Source: Cuniculiplasma divulgatum (GTDB taxonomy: Archaea; Thermoplasmatota; Thermoplasmata; Thermoplasmatales; Thermoplasmataceae). Taken from it: DNA of 32,000 bases. The DNA lies in assembly GCF_900083515.1 (NCBI RefSeq), contig NZ_LT671858.1, positions 1,890,001 to 1,922,000 on the forward strand, written 5' to 3'. Shown here one piece after another: positions 26,256 through 32,000 of this stretch (positions are counted from its first letter, which is position 1; the number at the start of each line of letters is the position of its first letter). The notes under the pieces are model-generated. The model was not told the origin of the DNA, searched no databases, and saw only the letters and a program-made list of their open reading frames with translations. The translations under genes and the position numbers were made by a program.

Positions 26256-26355
26256 TTTCTTCAATTTCAAATTTATTAATAAAATTTAAGGGGTTTCTAA
26301 TAGAATTGAAGAGACTATTTGGATAGTTTAAAATAATGTGGCAAAATTTAAAATC

Positions 26356-27312
26356 ATGAATGACCGCAACTCTATGTTTTTGTATATGGCGCAGCTTCTA
26401 CACGAGGGAGATTATAATTCGGGAATATCCTGGAGACAGTTTATAATGGCCTATGAATTTGTAAGTGATGAGAATTCAGCGGATGTGATATCTGATCTAA
26501 AGAAGCATAATAAATTGGAGGATTTTAGTGAAAATGATTCGTTTATTTACTTTCCATCTTCAGACGTTGAAATAAAAGATGAAGATCTTAAAGTGCTTCT
26601 TTCAAAGATTGCAAACCTCCATCCTGCTATTGATATTTCAATGGCCTTTAGGCTTGAACCATCCCTTGTTGATCTAATTTTGTCCTCGAATTTGTATTCT
26701 GGCGATTCTAACTGGGATGATCTGAATAGGGCACTTATTCCAATAATTCTATCTCCTCGCTTCTTAAATGATAGAAGGACTCAAATTTTTATTGACGAGC
26801 TCTTAAGAAACAGCAAAGAGAATTTTAATTTTAAGAAATATGAGACTAAGAGGTGGTTCATAGAACTTGCATTCATGATTAAGCGTGGTCTCTATGGTAA
26901 TGGTGGTTATTCATATGTTTCAGGTATAAGCGACGCGAGAAGGACTGCCCTGATTAATGGGTCATATGATTTACTGGTTTCTGGAGGGCTGTATGAACTG
27001 ATACTGAGGTTCAGATCGATAGTAACTGAAAGTGAATTCGGTTATAGAATGAAGAAATTCCAAAAGCTTGAGAAAATATCTACAAGGATTTCCCACATTT
27101 ATTCTTATCTTTCCATAGGAAACGATATTCTAATTGGAATCGAATTCCTTCTTGGAAGTTTTGAATTTCTTCCAAGGACCATATTTCCCTCGGCCAATGA
27201 GGTGATCGGTGTGTATCTTTTCATAGCAGGTAGTGCAGAATTATTAATTCGTCCCATGATTGAAATAACAAGAAGAATACATCTGAGGATAATTAATGGA
27301 TCTGATTTATGA
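26356..27312 (+). CDS. Hypothetical protein: unknown N-terminal domain of about 230 aa plus a C-terminal two-helix membrane hairpin resembling the YrhK-like domain
   Basis: The C-terminus ILIGIEFLLGSFEFLP...IGVYLFIAGSAELLIRPMIEITRRI looks like the duplicated GS-x-x-F hairpin I remember for YrhK-like proteins. The TATA box TTTAAAAT (26326-26333) is centred 26 nt before ATG 26356. An alternative in-frame ATG is at 26335. The track start 26338 reads TGG in the printed sequence. Confidence 0.6.
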   Translation: MNDRNSMFLYMAQLLHEGDYNSGISWRQFIMAYEFVSDENSADVISDLKKHNKLEDFSENDSFIYFPSSDVEIKDEDLKVLLSKIANLHPAIDISMAFRLEPSLVDLILSSNLYSGDSNWDDLNRALIPIILSPRFLNDRRTQIFIDELLRNSKENFNFKKYETKRWFIELAFMIKRGLYGNGGYSYVSGISDARRTALINGSYDLLVSGGLYELILRFRSIVTESEFGYRMKKFQKLEKISTRISHIYSYLSIGNDILIGIEFLLGSFEFLPRTIFPSANEVIGVYLFIAGSAELLIRPMIEITRRIHLRIINGSDL

Positions 27313-28188
27313 TTTATCAGCGTGTATTTCAGTGTATTTATTCCCATTGACCTTAAATGCTGAAATCTTTATGAAATAATCCTGTTTAAGAAAACCTCTT
27401 TTTACTCTTATTGTTCCATCTCCTGCTATGGATTTATCACTGGTGATAATCTTAAGGAAGTTATCAGAATGCTCCTCTGGAACAAAATAATAGACCCTCA
27501 TCCATGCGCTTTTATATTTCTTCAATAGTTTTGGTCCATAATTTTCCAGAACCTTCCTGGCATTTTCAATTCCCCTCCTGAAATTTTGATCTGTCATTCC
27601 GGTGTTTGAAAATTCCCCTATAAAGTAAGGCAATCCCTCAACGTCAAACCCTATCAACCTTAGTTCCTGGGTGTTTGGCAATGTGTGTCTGGTTCTTATT
27701 GCTCCAACCTCCTTGATCCTGTATACCAGCCAGTTCGCACTCCTTAGCTCAAAATTCTTTCCTTCGGGATCGTCATATTTCTTAACAAATACGTCATGAA
27801 GGTGCTTCAGGAGTTCGTCGCTCATCCCATCATAAAAATTAACACCTGTACCCTTCGGCAGGGGCTCCTTAAAATGTTCACAGGCTGCTTCAACCACGAT
27901 TCTGTGTATCTTCTCCTTCTGCAGATCCACTATGTACTCCTTCCTTGAGAAAGATTCATTCTTTTCATCCTTTTTTGGAACTGCATTGTCTCTCTCTTCT
28001 ACCTTCACTTCCTTTTCATTAAGCTCTTTTATCCATGCTTTCCTTTTCTCTTCTGTCGAATTTTCTGTAATATATTTTATGAGATCCGCCTTCTTATAGG
28101 TTCTAGGAATTGTTTTGAGCCCAGATTTTTTGGCAATTGACTTTAGTTCAGCAAAGGATAGTTTCTCAATTGGATTTTGCTCTTTCAT
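27307..28188 (-). CDS. Hypothetical protein with N-terminal Rho_N/SAP-like helix-extension-helix motif and an unknown C-terminal domain of about 200 aa
   Basis: LSFAELKSIAKKSGLKTIPRTYKKADLIKYI matches the Rho-N/HeH pattern, followed by a K/E-rich linker and then a globular region with no motif I recognise. Own leaderless promoter (TTTATAAT on the minus strand about 25 nt upstream of ATG 28188). Confidence 0.6.
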   Translation of the reverse strand: MKEQNPIEKLSFAELKSIAKKSGLKTIPRTYKKADLIKYITENSTEEKRKAWIKELNEKEVKVEERDNAVPKKDEKNESFSRKEYIVDLQKEKIHRIVVEAACEHFKEPLPKGTGVNFYDGMSDELLKHLHDVFVKKYDDPEGKNFELRSANWLVYRIKEVGAIRTRHTLPNTQELRLIGFDVEGLPYFIGEFSNTGMTDQNFRRGIENARKVLENYGPKLLKKYKSAWMRVYYFVPEEHSDNFLKIITSDKSIAGDGTIRVKRGFLKQDYFIKISAFKVNGNKYTEIHADKS

Positions 28189-28250
28189 GATTTCCTATGG
28201 TTGTTATGATTATAAATTTTTCATAGCTCACATAAAGAGTTGAAGGGTCA

Positions 28251-29282
28251 TCACATTTTTTCCTCAACTTTTTTGGTTGCCTCAACCATATTTAGAAGTT
28301 TTTCAAATCCTACTTCCCTTGATCTTGTCCTCAATCCGCAATCTGGATTTATCCTCACGAGTTTCGGATCCTGAAGGATATCTAGTGCATAATTAATCCT
28401 GTTCTCAATCAATTCAGGGGATTCAATGGTGTCAATGTGCACGTCTGTTACTCCAAGGCCTATAAATCTCTTTTCCTGAAGTGTGTCATTAATTTCCCTG
28501 AAATATCTCAGGTCTTCATAACCCTCTCTGATCTTTTTGTTGACTGAAAGTGAGTCTCTGTTAGCATATTCCAGATTATATCCGTGAAATCCCATTTCAG
28601 GAATTCTGTCATAAAGGATTCTGTAATCTTTGCTGTAGCACACATGGATCGTGAATTCAATATTCCTGAATTTTTCAATTGATGCATTCATTGAATCAAC
28701 CACAATATCCATTTCTGCGGGATGAGTTGTTGTTGCAGGTTCATCTATCTGTATTTCCAGCTTTTCCTTCCTGCCTGATTTGTTCCATGCTTTTTGAAGT
28801 GTTTCTATTTCCTCGTGAATGAGTTCTGCAAATCTCATGGCCAGTTCCCTCCTGCCTTTATAATGCTCATTGAATGACCAGTCCATCATCGTATAAGCAC
28901 CTGTGATTGGAACCTTCAGTGGTTTCACTGTGGTCCTGAGTAAATATTCCAACTCTTCCAGATGAAATGGTTTTTTCCTCTCTGGAATCCCCATCACACT
29001 TCCCTTCTTGTAATACCTGTTATCAAATGATCTGACCAGACCGTAAAATTCAATGTTTGAAACCCTTTTAGCAAAATGTTCATACATTTCCCATCTGTAC
29101 ATTTCTCCACCGACTCCTACATTGTGAAGACCAGCTTTCTTGAATGTTTCAAGTGTTTCATCTGTTGCTTTCTGACAGAGTATGCTGTATTCATCGGTTT
29201 CTTCTATACTGTGAAATTTCCTGCTCAGGTATTCTGGTTTCCTGAAGCTTCCTATTTCCTGTGTTATAAGTTTCTCTGACAT
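28251..29282 (-). CDS. metE: Cobalamin-independent methionine synthase, catalytic (MetE C-terminal type) domain protein
   Basis: EIGSFRKPEYL start. Zn ligands in IHVCYS (His-x-Cys), NLEYANRD (Glu) and NPDCGLRTR (Cys). 343 aa. Confidence 0.85.
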   Translation of the reverse strand: MSEKLITQEIGSFRKPEYLSRKFHSIEETDEYSILCQKATDETLETFKKAGLHNVGVGGEMYRWEMYEHFAKRVSNIEFYGLVRSFDNRYYKKGSVMGIPERKKPFHLEELEYLLRTTVKPLKVPITGAYTMMDWSFNEHYKGRRELAMRFAELIHEEIETLQKAWNKSGRKEKLEIQIDEPATTTHPAEMDIVVDSMNASIEKFRNIEFTIHVCYSKDYRILYDRIPEMGFHGYNLEYANRDSLSVNKKIREGYEDLRYFREINDTLQEKRFIGLGVTDVHIDTIESPELIENRINYALDILQDPKLVRINPDCGLRTRSREVGFEKLLNMVEATKKVEEKM

Positions 29283-30182
29283 CTAATTAACCTCCTGAAG
29301 TATCTTTACCTTCCTATCTGCTATTGTTCTTGGAAGGAAATCCATGTAATCATTATGCGTTAATATCAGATCTTTAAAGTTGAATTCCTTCTGGACTTCC
29401 TCCAGCATTTTTTCTATATCTCCCCCATTTTCTATTTTTGTATTATGTGCATCAAGAACCCCTAAACCTGGTATTCTGGAGTGATCCCCAGCCACGTTCA
29501 AATTCTCTTTCCTGCTGACAACAATAGAATCAAATTTGAAGCTGATCCCATCAAAATACTCAGATTTTATCACTTCTGGTGACAAAAGGATTATTTCATG
29601 AGTTGAGCATATTTTTTTCATGGATGAAACATCGTCTTTATCAATTTGCGGGGCAAATATTAGAATTTTCCTTGAACCCATCCTATCGGCTATTTTGCCA
29701 TATATTTCAAGCAGGTTTTCTGAAAAATCCTGAATAGAATATTTGCTTTCGTTTGATGACATTCGGTACATGGCTACAGGTGACGGAAAAATTGGTAAAA
29801 TTTTTCTATTACCTCCATAAAAAATTGGGAAAGGAGGATTCTCTTCAAATTCCTGATCTGTGAAAATGTCAATCTTAAGTTCTCCTTTTCCCTCAATTAA
29901 AGGTTCCCTGTAAAATGTATTGGTCTCGCCATACCTTCTAAGTGGACCTAACTTTATTCCATTTACAGATAGAGCTACTGGTCTGAAAATATCATGCCAG
30001 TTGAAAAGTGGATCTGTTACAAGATTGATTTCATCTGTCAATCTATAAAATATATCCTTTTCCTCCTTGATTATGTCTTTCAACTTTTCAGTAGAAAGTG
30101 ATCCTCTTTCATGTCTTCCATAATCGAGCCTTAGCCTGTCACTTCTTGGGTAAATTCCATATACCAGTGTTTTAACATTCAT
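29283..30182 (-). CDS. MetE N-terminal-domain-like protein (non-catalytic half of split methionine synthase)
   Basis: The same barrel-like layout as the downstream gene, but without the His-x-Cys and PDCG zinc motifs (THNDYMDF in place of PDCG). Abuts both neighbours with zero intergenic nucleotides. Confidence 0.65.
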   Translation of the reverse strand: MNVKTLVYGIYPRSDRLRLDYGRHERGSLSTEKLKDIIKEEKDIFYRLTDEINLVTDPLFNWHDIFRPVALSVNGIKLGPLRRYGETNTFYREPLIEGKGELKIDIFTDQEFEENPPFPIFYGGNRKILPIFPSPVAMYRMSSNESKYSIQDFSENLLEIYGKIADRMGSRKILIFAPQIDKDDVSSMKKICSTHEIILLSPEVIKSEYFDGISFKFDSIVVSRKENLNVAGDHSRIPGLGVLDAHNTKIENGGDIEKMLEEVQKEFNFKDLILTHNDYMDFLPRTIADRKVKILQEVN

Positions 30183-30995
30183 TTATAAAACCTCCATTAT
30201 TTCTTTTGCAATTTCATTATTTCCAATAGGCATAATATGAACTCCATCAATATATCCTTTCATATCGCTCACAAGATTGTCTATTAGTTTCAGAGATGTG
30301 TCTCTCAGATTTTCAGAGTTAGCAATTATTGACTTTAAGCCTTCTGGAAGTAACACACCCATTTTTGATAGGGATTCTATGTTGCTTTTCTTCAGGATCG
30401 GCATAAAACCCAGAAATAGCTTGAATTTTCTCTGTCTTATCCATTTCTTTTTGAAAGGCTCACTGTTGTAACACATCTGGCTTATGAATAGTGTGGCCCC
30501 AGACTCAATCTTGGATCTTACTATTTCTTCCTCTGAATTTCTGTATGGATTTAGTGCTGCTCCTATTATTGCTTCCTTATCCCTCTCCTGCTCCCTGGAA
30601 AATTTTCTGATATGCCTTATTGTTTCGTTTGTATCCATTTCTCTTACTTCTCTCCCAAAATTACCTGATATTGGGTCACCTCCTATCACAAAGAAATGGT
30701 TGATGCCGAGTTTCTCTGATGTTAGAATCTGGGATGAAATATAGAGAGTATTTTTGTCTCTTGGAGTAACATGAGGCATGGCGATCACATTTGTACCATG
30801 CGTCATTATATAAAGAGCCATAAGTGGATCGATTCCGGGCCTTCCCATCTGGTTTTCTGGAGCGGTAACCATGTCAGCAATGTCTGAAAAGATTTCTCTT
30901 GCTGCCAGCAGATCATCTATGTTTTCGTTCCTTTTTGGAACTATTTCAACTGATTTCAGGATTTTCTGTTTGCTCTGGAAATTTGAAATCTGCAC
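30183..30995 (-). CDS. metF: Methylenetetrahydrofolate reductase (MetF)-like protein
   Basis: SVEIVPKRNE...VTAPENQMGRP...HVTPRDKN...FFVIGGDP follows the MTHFR TIM-barrel pattern. GTG start. First gene of the met operon. Confidence 0.7.
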   Translation of the reverse strand: MQISNFQSKQKILKSVEIVPKRNENIDDLLAAREIFSDIADMVTAPENQMGRPGIDPLMALYIMTHGTNVIAMPHVTPRDKNTLYISSQILTSEKLGINHFFVIGGDPISGNFGREVREMDTNETIRHIRKFSREQERDKEAIIGAALNPYRNSEEEIVRSKIESGATLFISQMCYNSEPFKKKWIRQRKFKLFLGFMPILKKSNIESLSKMGVLLPEGLKSIIANSENLRDTSLKLIDNLVSDMKGYIDGVHIMPIGNNEIAKEIMEVL

Positions 30996-31191
30996 TTCTT
31001 CGCATAATTACTTTGTATTAAGTTTTTAAATTCTAAAAAATTAGTGTGAGTAATTTTACCTTTCAAATTATTCATAAATACTGTTAAGTAAGAAACCGAT
31101 AGATTTTACCAGATACATAGCAACATTCTGAGAATAAAGCCGAAAATAAAGTTGAAATTCATCTGTTAATGGTGTATCTACCGAATAAAAA

Positions 31192-31758
31192 TCAAAGATA
31201 TGATTTGAAAATAAGATCACTCAAACTTGATATAACCTTGCTTGCTACTTCCACGGAACATACAAGAATGATTTCAAGATCAAACCTGTATATCTTTTCA
31301 ATTAAAATCTGTTGCATGCTAAGAAATTCTACCACAAAAAGAGTTATCCCGGGTGCTTTCTTTGCTTCCGGAGGCAGGGTTATTCTTATACACGCAAGAT
31401 TTCCCTCGGGATCGTTTCTGACCAGAAACTTGTAACCTTCCTGAGTTTTATATACGAGGAATACGTCCTCCCTATCTGGATCAAATTCCTTTCCCTCTTT
31501 TTCCGCAAATTTGAATTCCACGTCAAGATTTGATTTTTTTAGATAATTAATCTGATAATCCTCCTTCTCGCCTGGTGTTATGGATGTAATGTATTTTACA
31601 AGTGTGTTGAGTTTTACCTCTTTCCCAGTCATAGACTCCACCTGCTTCTTTATTTTTCTTGCGAGGCTGGTGTAATTCACAATGCCACTCTTAATCATGA
31701 GTGAATACATTGGATTGTTTTCGATTATCAGATCTGTTGCGTTGTTTACTCCTTTCAT
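31192..31758 (-). CDS. Conserved archaeal protein, possibly an ACT-domain amino-acid-metabolism regulator
   Basis: 188 aa. N-terminal HTH-like segment (NYTSLARKIKKQVESMTGKEV) and a C-terminal beta-alpha-beta region (ACIRITLPPEAKKAPGITLFVVEFLSMQQI) reminiscent of ACT. The position upstream of the met genes fits. Weak call. Confidence 0.4.
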   Translation of the reverse strand: MKGVNNATDLIIENNPMYSLMIKSGIVNYTSLARKIKKQVESMTGKEVKLNTLVKYITSITPGEKEDYQINYLKKSNLDVEFKFAEKEGKEFDPDREDVFLVYKTQEGYKFLVRNDPEGNLACIRITLPPEAKKAPGITLFVVEFLSMQQILIEKIYRFDLEIILVCSVEVASKVISSLSDLIFKSYL

Positions 31759-31854
31759 GTTCCCTGATGTTATATGGAAATAAAATCATATCTGTGAATA
31801 AGTAAAAAATTTATGGAATTGTGATAAACTTTTAGAATGCGTATTAATATTGCT

Positions 31855-32000
31855 CTAAATCTTTAGTTTCTCAATGATTGTGCTTGCTTCTGTTCTCGTT
31901 ATCTCGTCCAGAGACTTCTTTCCTATTGATTTCAGGTACTCTGTTACTATTTTCTGATCTTTCTCTGATTTCTGAAGGCTCTTAATGTAGTTTATCTGCT
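31855..32000 (-). CDS. 3' end of an unidentified ORF entering from beyond the window
   Basis: Own reading of the minus strand: ...QINYIKSLQKSEKDQKIVTEYLKSIGKKSLDEITRTEASTIIEKLKI, stop TAG at 31857-31855. No family recognised. Confidence 0.3.
   Translation of the reverse strand, partial: QINYIKSLQKSEKDQKIVTEYLKSIGKKSLDEITRTEASTIIEKLKI

Noticed and set aside
26338-26340. Start codon of the 26338-27312 ORF in the track.
   Set aside because: In the printed sequence, 26338-26340 reads TGG, which is not a start codon. In-frame ATGs exist at 26335 and 26356, and the latter fits a TATA box 26 nt upstream.
1-32000. CRISPR arrays, IS elements/transposases, rRNA genes, and additional tRNAs.
   Set aside because: I noticed no regularly spaced direct repeats, no terminal inverted repeats flanking a transposase-like ORF, and no other GC-rich cloverleaf-capable segments on visual inspection. 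A computational scan (tRNAscan-SE, a CRISPR finder, ISfinder) would be needed to be certain.

Overview
AT-rich (by eye roughly mid-30s % GC, not computed) chromosomal segment that looks archaeal, most consistent with a Thermoplasmata-like acidophile; that placement is an inference I could not check by search. The support is an archaeal-type FtsZ, a TrmB regulator, a tRNA with no encoded CCA, TATA boxes centred about 26 nt upstream of ATGs (leaderless mRNAs), and GGAGGTGA-type Shine-Dalgarno sites in front of internal operon genes. Most of the window is ordinary housekeeping:
- ftsZ, pyrF and an NDP-sugar pyrophosphorylase
- hutU and an S9 peptidase
- an aromatic amino-acid cluster (chorismate mutase, tyrA, DAHP synthase)
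- a DsrE-TusA-SQR-like sulfur cluster
- an aldo/keto reductase, acs and a dapB-like gene
- two MFS transporters
- a metF / split-metE methionine cluster

The structure not explained by ordinary gene content is a perfect 41-bp direct repeat of the 3' half of tRNA-Thr(UGU), at 8812-8852 and 13406-13446. It brackets a 4.6-kb insertion that has no integrase. The insertion carries two divergent, tightly packed operons.
- One operon is MBL-fold hydrolase, TrmB regulator and MFS transporter.
- The other is two small Cys-cluster/coiled-coil proteins plus a PadR regulator with its own N-terminal Cys cluster.
- The two operons are separated by palindromes that overlap the promoters.

I consider this island and its uncharacterised Cys-rich sensor-like module the best candidate for something new. 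Secondary oddities:
- a DapB-like protein lacking the canonical His-His pair
- a convergent, 3'-overlapping pair of unknown genes at 26.3-28.2 kb
- an archaeal YcaQ-like DNA glycosylase at the island border
- chorismate mutase with an unknown Cys/His-rich C-terminal half

I saw no CRISPR array, IS element or rRNA gene. All family calls rest on motif recognition by eye; no searches were run.
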